DNA from: Octopus vulgaris
Taxonomy: Eukaryota
Assembly (NCBI GenBank): GCA_951406725.2
Contig: OX597838.1
Location: 9,114,001-9,178,000 of the forward strand
DNA length: 64,000 nt
Reading direction: 5' to 3'
The position numbers and the translations under genes are program-made. The notes beneath the pieces are model-generated. The model worked only from the letters and a program-made list of their open reading frames with translations, ran no database searches and was not told the origin of the DNA. Shown here piece after piece: positions 52,296 through 64,000 of this stretch (the first letter of the stretch is position 1; each line of letters opens with the position of its first letter).

Positions 52296-52772
52296 TGGCA
52301 ACGAGTACAGTGAAGAATTCCAGGTAGAGGTAGGGGTCCACCAAGGTTCAGTCCTCAGCCCCCTCCTATTAATCATAGTCCTCCAGGCAATAACGGAGGA
52401 ATTCAAGACAGGATGCCCCTGGGAGCTCCTCTAAGCTGATGACCTTGCTCTAATTGCTGAGTCACTATCAGAACTAGAGGAGAAGTTTCAAGTGTGGAAA
52501 CAAGGATTAGAATTGAAGGGCCCTAGAGTCAACCTAGCTAAAACCAAAGTCCTAATAAGTAGGAAGGTAGACAAACCACAAATCCCTTCAGGTAGATAGC
52601 CCTGCTCAATCTGTAGAAAAGGCGTAGGTAGAAACTCTATAAGATGTACCCAGTGTCAGCTATGGACACATAAGAGGTGCAGCAATATCAAAGGAAGGCT
52701 GACTGGGAGGATAGCTTTCGTATGTGGCAGATGCTCGGGAGCTATAAATAGCACTGAAAATGTGCGGAGAAC
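52296..52772 (+). mobile_element. Degenerate LINE (RTE-like) reverse transcriptase fragment with Cys-rich finger
   Basis: GVHQGSVLSPLL..WELL*ADDL (YADD with a stop), then CSICRKGVG..IRCTQCQLWTHKRC..CGRC. Confidence 0.85.
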
Positions 52773-52994
52773 AAATTCCGCCACATTCCAAAGAGAATGT
52801 GAAGTTGCTAAGCAACTTGCAAGACAAAGAGACAAGAGGAACAGGAAAAAGGAGGAAAATGAAAAAGAAAACAATCTCCTCGACCAAATGTGGGAATGTT
52901 ACTAGGTCCACTTATGTCGGAAATTACTGTAACAATAAAGAATTCCACTTCAGCGTCCTCTAATCAAATGAACTGAAATATCTTATTCAACATA

Positions 52995-53393
52995 GGCGCA
53001 GGAGTGGCTGTGTGGTAAGTAGCTTGCTTACCAGCCGCATGGTTCCGGGTTCAGTCCCACTGCGTGGCACCTTGGGCAAGTGTCTTCTACTATAGCCTCG
53101 GGCCGACCAAAGCCTTGTGAGTGGATTTGGTAGACGGAAACTGGAAGAAGCCTGTCGTATATATGTATATATATATATGGATGTGTGTGTGTTTGTGTGT
53201 CTGTCCTCCCGACATCGCTTGGCAACCAATGCTGGTGTGTTTACGTCCCCGTAACTTAGTGGTTCTGCAAAAGAGAATCGATAGAATAAGTACTAACTAG
53301 GCTTACAAAGAATAAGTCCCGGGGTCGATTTGCTCGACTAAAGGCGGTGCTCCAGCATGGCCGTAGTCAAATGACTGAAACAAGTAAAAGAGT
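52995..53393 (+). mobile_element. SINE family A (tRNA-derived head, CORE-like ttgggcaag box); other near-full copies at 30590-30968(-), 33575-33957(-), 43790-44182(-), 49945-50361(-), 58999-59463(+)
   Basis: A/B-box-like head ggcgcaggagtggctgtgtggtaag..ggttcagtccc; internal TA/TG microsatellite; tail gactgaaacaagtaaaagagt; many similar copies. Confidence 0.85.
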
Positions 53394-53449
53394 AACAATA
53401 GAGGTTTAGGTTTCAAATCTGGAGTAAAATACTGAAGAATATGATTTAC

Positions 53450-53637
53450 CGTTTTGCCTTCTGTAAAGCATCGTGCTGCACTTGGGCTTGCTTTGCCTTT
53501 TGGTAGACTTCCCGGTAGCACTTTGAACAGAACCCTTGCCAGGCTGGGTTACCGTAGTAACCGCATCCATTCTTGCAAAGCAAGTCAGACTCATCGATGT
53601 GGAAGGTCTTCTTGCTGTTTTTCTTAGTCACACTCAT
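53450..53637 (-). CDS. RABGEF1: RABGEF1 coding exon 1, A20 zinc finger
   Basis: [24 protein letters not shown]; CG|gtaaat donor. Confidence 0.95.
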
Positions 53638-54061
53638 GTTTTCCTGGAAGAATATAAGAAACCAATGACATCACTTGGATAGGCATCATAATAATAATAA
53701 TAATAATAATAATCATAATGATAATAATCCTTTCTACAATAGGCACAAGGCCTGAAATTTGGGGTGGGGAGGACAAGTTCATTACATCGACCCCAGTGCT
53801 CAAATGGTACTTAATTTATCAACCCTGAAAGCCAGTCAAGGCGGCACTTCCTCTATCCAAAATATATCTAGAAGGAAATGTAAAATTTATCAAATTTCAA
53901 GAACCTTAAAATGAAAATACAGAAGACATGGAATGTGAAAATAAAAACTGTGGCCATCAGAACAGGCGTGTCTGTGGTTATGGGTTCAATCTCACTGTAT
54001 GGTACCTGGGGCAAGTGTCCTCTGTTTTAATGCTAGGCTGACCAATGCCTTGATGTATATA

Positions 54062-54902
54062 CAGGGTGAGGTGAATAAACCGTCGTCTAAATTACGCAAA
54101 AATGAAAATAACACTGACATTTCATTTTAACAGATATATTTACCAAAATTACATAAAAATATCTTGAAATACTTAAGAGAAAATTTATTCAATAAAATAT
54201 GCATTGGCTTTAACCACAGCCTCCAGATGACTTCAGAATCTCCTGCAACTCTTCTGGATGGTCACCTTGTTAAGTTGGTGAATGCTGCCATATTCCTTGC
54301 CTTCAGTTCATCTTCGGTGTTACAAGGAGTTTCGTTGGTCTCTCATTCAACTGTGCCCCACACATGATAATCAAGGGGGTTGCAGTCTGGGGAGTTAGGT
54401 GGCCAGATGTTAGGAGTGGTATGGTTGCAGAAATTGTCCGACAGCCATGACTGGGTTCTCCTGCTTGTGTGGCATGGTGCAGAGTCCCATGCCAGATACA
54501 GGATCTTCCAGCAGCCACCTTCTTGACCCAGGGCAGCACTACCTCCTCCAGGCACTTGATGTAAACCCCCATGTTGAGTCTGAGGCCATGTGGGAAGATG
54601 AATGGAGGCATAGCATTGCCAACACTAGCGATCACTACAAACACCTGATGTTGACTGGATGTTTGATTTTTATCACTCTTGGTACATGTCTGCTGATTGA
54701 CACCCAAACACTCTGGAAAGTTCATATTAGAGCTTCCGGTGTGAATGCCAAGTAGTACAGCATGTCGTTTCTAAATTTCTGGCAGAGTAAATTGCGTCAT
54801 GCTGCTGTTTTTCTCACAGACGGTGCCCAACAGACCCTACTATACTGTGTAGTTGACAAAATCAAAAAGAAACAATGGCGACAATTTACCCATCACACCC
54901 TG
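54062..54902 (-). mobile_element. Tc1/mariner (DD37D, maT-like) transposon, internally deleted
   Basis: TA|CAGGGTG...CACCCTG|TA ends; remnant DSAPCH..WPPNSPDCNPLDY with 37 residues between the Asp residues; frameshifted. Confidence 0.88.
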
Positions 54903-57762
54903 TATATATGTGTATGTGTAGCTTTGTGTTTGTGCTTGTGTGTGTGTAGCTTTGTGTTTGTCTCCACCTCTGCTTGATAACTGGTGTTGATCTGTTTATG
55001 TCCTGGTAACTTAACAGTTCAGCAAAAGAAACTGATAAAATATGTACAAGACTCTAAACAAACAAAAAAAAAACAAGTACTGGGACTGATTTGCTTGACT
55101 AAAACCGCTTCAAGGCAGTGCCCCAGCATGGCCACAGTCCAATCACTGAAACAGGTGTAAAATAAAAGATAATTACCAGAGAATTTGACAGAAAAATAAC
55201 ATTGAACAAAAGCCATCCAAGGGCTCACCATTTTACATACGATTCAGATAATATTCCGACGAGATACAGCAAACATACAACCATGGTGCAGAAATTGGTG
55301 CTGGTGCCAAGCTAGTCTAGACATAACCATCAAGAATTATGAACTTAACGAGTAGGTGGGTGGTGGTGTTGATTTAGAAATTGCTAACGAAAGGGCACTG
55401 AAATTAATTAACTTTGGTGAAGCAGGCAGTGCACCTATCCAAGAAATCAAACTATTTTGGCAAGGGTTAAATAATTGTGAAAAAGTCCTAATTTCCCAGG
55501 TGTATAACAAGGAGGCAACTGGGTTCCACACCTGGTTGTGGATTAAGTAATGAATGTTTTCCAGCAGGAATTGCCATGTGGTTGGGAAGTTTGCTTCTCA
55601 GTGAGGTACGGCTTCAGTTTCAGTCCTACTGCATGGCAGTTTGGGCAAATGTTTTCTACTATGTAATATAATGTTCATCGGTCATTGTAGACAATAACCT
55701 ATTTCGTCATGACCCACAAGGGGCTAAACACAGAGAGGACAAACAAGGACAAATGGATTAAGTCGATTACATCGACCCCAGTGTGTAAACTGGTGCTTAA
55801 TTTATCGACCCCGAAAGGACGAAAGGCAAAGTCGACCTCGGCGGAATTTGAATCCAGAACGTAACCGCAGACGAAATACCACTAAGCATTTTGTCCAGCG
55901 TGCTAACATTTCTGCCAGCTCGCCGGGACATTGTATGGGAGAAGAAACGTCATGGTGCATCAGGCTATGACCAATTAGGCTGATGCCTGCCTGGAAGCTT
56001 CTGCTGTAGTTTGGGCACTGGCTGTCTGCTGGAAATTGCAGTGGGTTTGGTAGATCGAAACTGAGAGAAGCTTATAATACGAATGTATATGTATGTCTCC
56101 CCTTGTCTTGACATCACTGTCATACAAGCAGGTCATTCATTTCCAATCATCATCATCATCATTTAGCGTCCGCTTTCCATGCTAGCATGGGTTGGACGGT
56201 TCAACTGGGGTCTGGGAAGCCAGAAGGCTGCACCAGGCCCAGTCTGATCTGGCAATGTTTCTACGGCTGGATGCCCTTCCTAACGCCAACCACTCCATGA
56301 GTGTAATGGGTGCTTTTTACGTGCCAGACGAGGCTGGCAAACGGCCACGATCGGATGGTGCTTTTTACGTGCCACTGGCAATATTCATCATCATCATCAT
56401 CGTTTAACGTCCGTTCTCCATGCTAGCATGGGTTGGACGGTTCGACCGCGGATCTGGGAAGCCAGAAGGCTGCACCAGGCTCCGGTCTTATCTGGCAAAG
56501 TTTCTACAGCTGGATGCCCTTCCTAACGCCAACCACTCTGTGAGTGTAGTGGGTGCTTTTTACGTGCCCTACAAAACTATGTCTGGCCGTGGGAAAATAT
56601 TACCTTGCTTCGAAACTGGTGAAGATCGACAACAGGAAGGGCATCTGGCCATAGGATATCTGCCTCAGCAAATTCCATCCAACCCATGCGAGCATGGAAA
56701 AGTGGACATTAAAACAATGATGAAGACGATGCACGAACGTAGACAGTCATACACCATTTTGAAGTTAGCGACAGAGGAGAGTCTGGCACAGCCAGGTGTT
56801 TCAAAAGTCATCAAGAATGAGCTGTTAGTGCTTTATTACCATTCCAAGAATTTGTGGTTCTATATGTAGAGCATAAAAACTGGGTTCTTCTCACATTTTA
56901 TTACTGCAGTGCATAAATAACAGTAAGATGGCATCGGACTTTCTACTGATTAAGTGAAGAAAACACGACTAAATTCTGGACAACACACCTGCTCACTCAG
57001 GTGGTCCCCAGCTGGTCAGTAGTTGCAGTAGAATAAGGTTTGTGTTCTTACCACTCAGTGTTATCTCCAATGTTAGATCCAATTTAGCGAAGGTTTGATT
57101 GTAGCCTGCAAGAGATTCTTATATCAACAAAGATACTGGACAAAGTTCTTGAGATGACAGAAGAGGACAATCTTAGGAGAGTCACACAAAGACACGGAAC
57201 TCTATGTAATAGCAAACCCTACAGCCTCAAAATATTCAATACAGGAGATTCATCAAAGGAACTGAAGAATGCCTTCATAGTAAATGCTTGGTAGAGAAAA
57301 AAACAAAAACTAATGTATATAGGGAGAATATGGTTTTGAAGGATTCAAGAATTTTCATCATATGAAACTCATTTCACAGAAAATGGTTCGAAGACAAAGC
57401 AGGGGTTCTCAACAGGGCCATGGTGTCAGAGTTGGTAAAGTTAAAACAATGATGAAGACGACGCATGAACGTAGACAGTCATACACCATTTTGAAGTTAT
57501 CTTTATTCTTTAATATAAACCAGGAGACATGGGTAGAAGTGGTAACAAATGGTCTCAGGATATTGAAGAAATGACCCAAGAATTACAGCAGATGGAAAGA
57601 TATCCTGGAAAAGATTCGAACATGCAAGCTGGGGGGTGGGGAGAGGAATGAGTAAATTATGATGTTATATTTGTTTTATAGTTTTATAGTATTTACATTA
57701 TTTTCTGTAATTTTATTAGTTTATCACGTCCAGAGTAATGTGTGTGTGTCATATGAGAAACC

Positions 57763-57807
<45 letters not shown>

Positions 57808-58202
57808 TCATCATCATCATCGTTTAACGTCCGTTTTCCGCACTAGCACGGGTTGGACGGTTTCGACCGGAATCTGGGGAGCCAGGGGCTGCCCCAGGCT
57901 CCAGTCTGGTCTGGCAGTGTTTCTACAGCTGGATGCCCTTCCTAACGCCAACCACTCAGCAAGTGTAGTGGGTGCTTTTTACGTGCCACCTGCACAGGTG
58001 CCAGAGGGGTCTGGCATCGGCCACGGTCGGTTGGTGCTTTTTATGTGCCACCTGCACAGAAGCCAGTCGGGGCGGTGCTGGCATCGATATATATATATAC
58101 ATAAGTTCAGCAAAATTTAGATTCAGATGAATATGGTACTTAAGTTAAAGGCACCAGAATTTTGTATGGTATTATCCATATAAATCAAATGGGGTGATTA
58201 TA

Positions 58203-58390
58203 ATCAAAATAAGCAACAAGGATATCCAAGGTAGTGTAGTATAATTGTTTCATGCTACTCCATTTTATTAAACCTGTGGCTGAAGATTGCTCTAAATTTT
58301 AAAACTGATGTAATACTTACAGTGTTTAATAAAATGAAGTGGCATGAAACAATTGTACTACACTACCTTGGATATCTTTGTTGCTTATTT

Positions 58391-58394
<4 letters not shown>
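58203..58394. repeat. Inverted repeat (arms ~70 bp, 50-bp spacer)
   Basis: atcaaaataagcaacaagg...ttaaac versus gtttaa...ttgcttattttgat. Confidence 0.85.
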
Positions 58395-58463
<69 letters not shown>

Positions 58464-58998
58464 TATACATACACACAGAGGTGAGTAAATAAATCCAAAA
58501 CAAGGTGAAAAAATAGTACTCAATACCAAAGGTAGAGTGACATACTTTTTATTAAAGCTGTAAAATTATCGCAGAATTGTCACTCAAAGTTTTTCAAGTC
58601 CCATCCGACCAACTGATTAACAGTTCTCATAATTTTGCAGCTTTAATAAAAATCATATATATATATGTGATGGACTCTCTTGTTGAAGATGACGTGTGAT
58701 TGAGTGTTCGACTTTTTCCGAACGGCCTGCACAAATGATTTGTTTATTGCGATTAAAATGTATGTGCTGTGCATTATGTCACTTTCTCCATCAAATCGAC
58801 GCTGCCTGAAAAGGGGTACAGCATCCAAACCACTACGCTATGTGCCCTATACTTAATACATACCTAACAGTTTGACTCAGCCCCATGTGACAAAAGTTTC
58901 GTGGGCGCGTAAGACGAACCCATCTCTCGATATTTTCTGACGGGTTCGTCATACACACCGAAGCTGAGTCAAACTATTATCGATATACACATTGTATA

Positions 58999-59160
58999 GG
59001 CGCAGGAGTGGCTGTGTGGTAAGTAGCTTGTTTACCAACCACATGGTTCCGGGTTCAGTCCCACTGCGTGGCATCTTGGGCAAGTGTCTTCTGCTATAGC
59101 CCCGGGCCGACCAATGCCTTGTGAGTGGATTTGGTAGACGGAAACTGAAAGAAGCCCGTC

Positions 59161-59228
<68 letters not shown>

Positions 59229-59463
59229 GTGTGTGCGTGTATGTTTGTGTGTCTGTCTCCCTAGCATTGCTTGACAACAGATGCTGGTGTGTTTATGTCC
59301 CCGTTACTTAGCGTTTCGGCAAAAGAGACCGATAGAATAAGTACTGGGCTTACAAAAGAATAAGTCCTGGGGGGGGGGGTCGAGTTGCTCGATTAAAGGC
59401 GGTGCTCCAGCATGGCCGCAGTCAAATGACTGAAACAAGTAAAAGAGTAAAAGAGTAAAGAGT
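58999..59463 (+). mobile_element. SINE family A full-length copy
   Basis: Same structure as 52995-53393; flanks attgtata/attgtaca. Confidence 0.85.
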
Positions 59464-60572
59464 ATTGTACACATCAACCTTGTTAGCATCGGTTAACTCA
59501 AACAATTGGCTAAAATGGAGATTCTTTCCTTGTATAATGCGTGAGTATGGTTTAACGGTTGGGGGGGGGGGGGTTTCGCTGTGTATAAAGAAAATTTACA
59601 AAAGGTAAAAAAAGAAAAAAAAAAACTGTGTATCGTCTCCGCTGCAACAGTTGAAAAAGCAGCATATTAAACCGCTGTATGTCACTGTCTGATCACATGC
59701 GGATGACAAACGAATGTAGAATATATATTTATTATCTATTTACATACATGTCAGATAATAAATTTGAAACAGACAGGTGTGTGTGTATGTGTGAGAGAGA
59801 GAGAGAGAGAGAGAAACGGAGGTGGGGGTGAATAAACCCCACCCACCCATTAAATGACTCAATATTAAAGTATTACAATAATGACTATTCGTTCGTATCG
59901 ATAGCATGTTTTGATTTTTTTTTTCTTCTTTTAGTTTACTGTTCGTATTGCTATCGATCTACCTCTGTCTCTCTTCCCTTTAACACGACACACATATACA
60001 GTTCAAAAACAGTAAGTAGGATAAATAAATATGCGAAGCTGTATTTGTCGATTTACAATAAATCAGCACACACACACACACACACACACAATAAATGTAT
60101 GTGTGAGCATTTTCTGTGTATATATACTGAACTATAGTATTTTATATTATTATTATTATTATTATTATTATGACACCATGCGGTGTCAATATTACTACCT
60201 GTGACTCTAATAATAATATATAAATGCGTGTATGTGTGTGTTTATTCCGTTAGACAGACAGGTACGCAGACAAGAGACTGAAGTAAATTGTGAATAATAT
60301 AATATGTAAGTGAAATAAATCTTTTAAAAATATTATGATTGTCTTGCTAAAAATAAAGGTTTTGAATAAGATTATGTTAAAAAAAAGAAAATTAAAATAA
60401 TTTTGCCAATGTGCTTTTCCAAACAAATTCATAATTTATACACACACACACACTCAGAAAAATGTAACCAGGGTTTAGTTTTATCTTCAAAAAAGCCTAA
60501 CCAAATGATTCCAGCAATTTCAGGGCTATAATTGATATGTTAGAATTCCAAGAGAGAGGCGTTAGGCCAGAG

Positions 60573-60791
60573 CAGTGCTTTTCAAACTTTTTGCTGGAGC
60601 GGAACCCCAAGGAAACATTCCACTGGCTCGAGGAACCCCTGTGCAATAATTTAATAGTCTTATGCACACATATCTGCACAGGAGAATTAAAAATTACTGC
60701 CGATTTTAGCAGTTTTGTAACTTCTTGCGGAACCCCTGGACTGTACTGGCGGAACCCTAAGGTTCCGAGGAACCCTGGTTGAAAACCACTG
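60573..60791. mobile_element. hAT-type MITE, near-identical second copy
   Basis: Same 219-bp sequence as 39189-39407; TSD ggccagag/gtccagag. Confidence 0.9.
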
Positions 60792-62691
60792 GTCCAGAGG
60801 TTGTTTGGCATTTTTTTTTTTGACACACGCCAGTTTCACTTCGATATTAGAAACTGTAAGAACTATATCGAAATATAATTACTATTCGTTACTTTCCCGT
60901 CGTAATTATATAGAGAGCTTGATTCGTTTTGAGACTGTGTGTGGTTAATTAATTATTCCCCGCCAGTTTATTTTACCTATGAACATTCCAAAGGTAGGCG
61001 TGTACCTGATACCCCTGTACGTAAACACACGAACGTGGGAAATCTAATGACAAATTGCATCGTAGAGGGAGCGAGAGAAAAAAATCAATTAAATAAAGCT
61101 TTAGAAAATAATTATCGAAGCAGTACTTCACTGGTACTTTATTTTATCGACCACGGAGGGACGAAAGGAAAATTTGACCTCGACGTATTTGAACCCTTTA
61201 TGTTCGGAGTTCAAATTCGATCGAAGTAAATAAACTTAGCCTTTCGTCCTTTCGAGATCGATAAAATAAAGTATTAAAGTACCAGTCAAGTATTTGACCC
61301 GTGTAATCGACAAAGACACTCTCTTCAAAATTGCTGGCCTTGTGCCTGCCTAAATCAGAAAATATTTTCTCCCGGCTTTACACGTTCTAGGTTCAATTCC
61401 TGCCGGGGCCAACGTCGCTTTTTCAATCTTGATAAAGTATTAAAGCACCAGTCAAGTACAAGGGGTCAATAATTATTTTAGTTTCTAGACTTTATTTAAC
61501 TGATGTAATCCAACTCGTGTCCGCCCTCAAATTGCTACTCTCGTGTGTAGCGAGCCAGTTATTATGACTATTGTCACGAGAAGATGTCACGCTTCTAACA
61601 AAGGACATCCATTAGCGTGCGTGTGTTTGTGTGTGTGTATACATACACACATACATACATGTGTTCGTGTGTGTGTGTATATATAATATGCCCAATGACA
61701 CGAATACATACACACAAATATACATATATATTTCTTTACTACCCACAAGGGGCTAAACATAGAAGGGACAAACAAGGACAGACAAACGGATTAAGTCGAT
61801 TATATCGACCCCAGTGCGTAACTGGTACTTAATTTATCGACCCCGAAAGGATGAAAGGCAAAGTCGACCTCAGCGATATCGTAAGGAAACATTGGGGGGG
61901 GGGGGGGGTCAATGTAATCGACCGTCCGTCCCCACCCACTCGAAATTTCAGACCTAGAGCTTATAGTAAAAAAAGGATTATTATTATTATTTATTATTAT
62001 TATTATTATTAATCAAATAATGTTTATACCTATTTTTTTTTGTTTTTAGAGACTTCGAAATGTTAAAAAAAAAAGAGACAATAAATATTACGATAAAAAG
62101 CAATTAGGGACGGTAATGAATTTAGTGTAATTAAAAGTCTCTCCAGCGAATTTGCTCCGGATCTGCATTCTGTCCTCATCGTTCGTCATAAACATTGCAA
62201 ACAATAAATATACAAGGAATAAATTCGGTTTCAATTTCTCTTTTTCCGTTGTAAAAATAAAACAAGGTTTTCCTCGGTTGAAAAAACAACCTGGATATAA
62301 ATGACATTAATTAATGAGGATTGTATAAAGGATAATAAGGAAGTTATATAATAAATAGATACAGTAAACAGAGGACAACGATTCCATGTTTTGTAGGTGT
62401 GTGTATGTATACACACACATATATACATATATATTATATATATATACGTACACACACACAAACACATATATATATATATAATATATATATACGTACGCAC
62501 ACACAAACATATATATATATTTATATGTATATATGGTATTTTAATGTGTAAAAGGAACCCTTTTTTGTCAAAGATCAAGGGAAAAAATGGGTGTTTCTTA
62601 TACATGGATAGCATTTAGTCCTTACAAAACTTTTTTTCCAAATTGTAAGTGCAAGAAAATCAGGGAATTCCTTAAACACGTTAAAATACAC

Positions 62692-63188
62692 CTATATATA
62701 CATACATATATACATACATATATACATACATATTTATATATATATATACATACATACATATTTACATATATATACACATACATACATATTTACGTATATA
62801 TATACATACATACATATTTACATATATATACACATACATACATATTTACATATATATACATACATACATACATATTTACATATATATACATACATACATA
62901 CATATATATATACATACATACATACATATATATATACATACATACATACATACATACATATTTACATATATATACATACATACATATTTACATATATATA
63001 CATACATACATATTTACATATATATACATACATACATATATACATACATATTTACATATATATACATACACACATATATATACATACATACATATACATA
63101 CATACATATATATATACAATCATACATATATATATACAATCATACATATACATATATACATACATACATACATACATACATACATACA

Positions 63189-63219
<31 letters not shown>

Positions 63220-63232
63220 GCATGTATGTATA
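62692..63232. repeat. Compound (TACA/TA)n microsatellite
   Basis: About 540 bp of tacatacata-type repeats. Confidence 0.95.
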
Positions 63233-63481
63233 TTGTTTTGGTCGAGTCAGTCGCCTGAGAAGTAAAGACTTGAGACCAAAACAAAAATACATTATTATTA
63301 ATATATACTACAGGCATTGTGTATATAAACCACGGCATTTCTTCCTATAGCCAACGCTAAACGGGTTCAGAATGCATATATATACATACATAGATGTATA
63401 TATACACACAGAGGTGTGTATATAGAAGTGTTGATAGTGATGATACTCACATGAGGTAGGACCGTTTCCTGCATGACTTAC

Positions 63482-63530
63482 GGCTGTATGTTGGTTACGA
63501 AACGAGCATAAACGCATCTGTTGCACAAGT
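63482..63530 (-). other. Candidate 5'UTR exon (possibly RABGEF1), alternative donor at 63450
   Basis: Long pyrimidine tract + ttgccag| at 63531; gtaagt donor at 63481 and gtgagt donor at 63450. Confidence 0.3.
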
Positions 63531-63817
63531 CTGGCAAGGAGATGACAAATGCAGAATGTAAAACATCCAATTAAAAATAAAGTGGGGGAGAAACACGAAG
63601 AGAAACAAGAAAAATATAATAAATGAGAGAGAAGTCTTGAGAGAGAAAGAAACACAGCAGGAAGGAAGAAGAACCGATGGATTAGATGTCGTCACCAGAC
63701 ATTACGTCTGACGTTGATTGCCTCCCCTTGCATTAGGAACTCTTTTGTCTGCGAAATCGATATATGTAGAGTGACTTGAGACTAATTTATGGTCTTATGT
63801 TGAGTGCGACACACACC

Positions 63818-64000
63818 AGAGTGTTGGATAGTGGAGTGTTGAATAGTGGAGAGTGACTTGCTAGAGTGTTGGATACTGGAGTGTTAAATAGTGGAGAGTA
63901 ACTTACTAGAGTGTTGGATACTGGAGTGTTAAATAGTGGAGAGTAACTTACTAGAGTGTTGGATAGTGGAGTGTTGATATACTGGAGTGTGGTATACTGG
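63818..64000. repeat. Minisatellite, 45-bp unit made of three 15-bp subunits; runs off the window end
   Basis: gagtgttggatactg-gagtgttaaatagtg-gagagtaacttacta repeated. Confidence 0.9.

Larger units (their letters stand above)
45354..53637 (-). other. RABGEF1: RABGEF1/Rabex-5 (Rab5 GEF) gene span, 6 coding exons, 1611 nt, 536 aa
   Basis: A20 zinc finger, helical bundle, VPS9 domain, coiled coil and Pro-rich tail in one spliced frame. An acceptor 6 nt before the ATG (53644) implies upstream non-coding exon(s). Confidence 0.94.

Noticed and set aside
62587-63258. 223-aa His/Thr/Tyr/Ile-rich ORF
   Set aside because: Pure microsatellite translation

Overview
Repeat-rich eukaryotic (animal) genomic DNA, not prokaryotic. 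The SINE families, (TA/CA/CAT)n microsatellites and gene architecture suggest a coleoid cephalopod such as Octopus (inference). Almost all ORFs in the supplied track are spurious translations of repeats. Three intron-containing genes were reconstructed by hand from GT-AG boundaries and frame continuity. (1) The 5' part of merlin/NF2 on the minus strand (exons 9614-9510 and 454-326, continuing beyond the window start). (2) A complete 18-exon RPA1/RPA70 on the plus strand (10550-36932, 603 aa), head-to-head with NF2 across about 0.9 kb. (3) RABGEF1/Rabex-5 on the minus strand (6 coding exons, 53637-45354, 536 aa), convergent with RPA1. Introns contain at least four SINE-like families, hAT, piggyBac-like, Tc1/mariner and GG-ended MITEs, two Helitrons, a DD37D transposase remnant and an RTE-like RT remnant. 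I found no clear evidence of a new protein-coding system. The best leads are structural: a SINE that repeatedly inserts at GGTA sites (including itself and an RPA1 splice acceptor), a duplicated RPA1 acceptor that could form a pseudo-exon, symmetric micro-exons in the RPA1 linker, and several long near-perfect hairpins that could be ADAR substrates. Repeat boundaries are approximate to a few bases.
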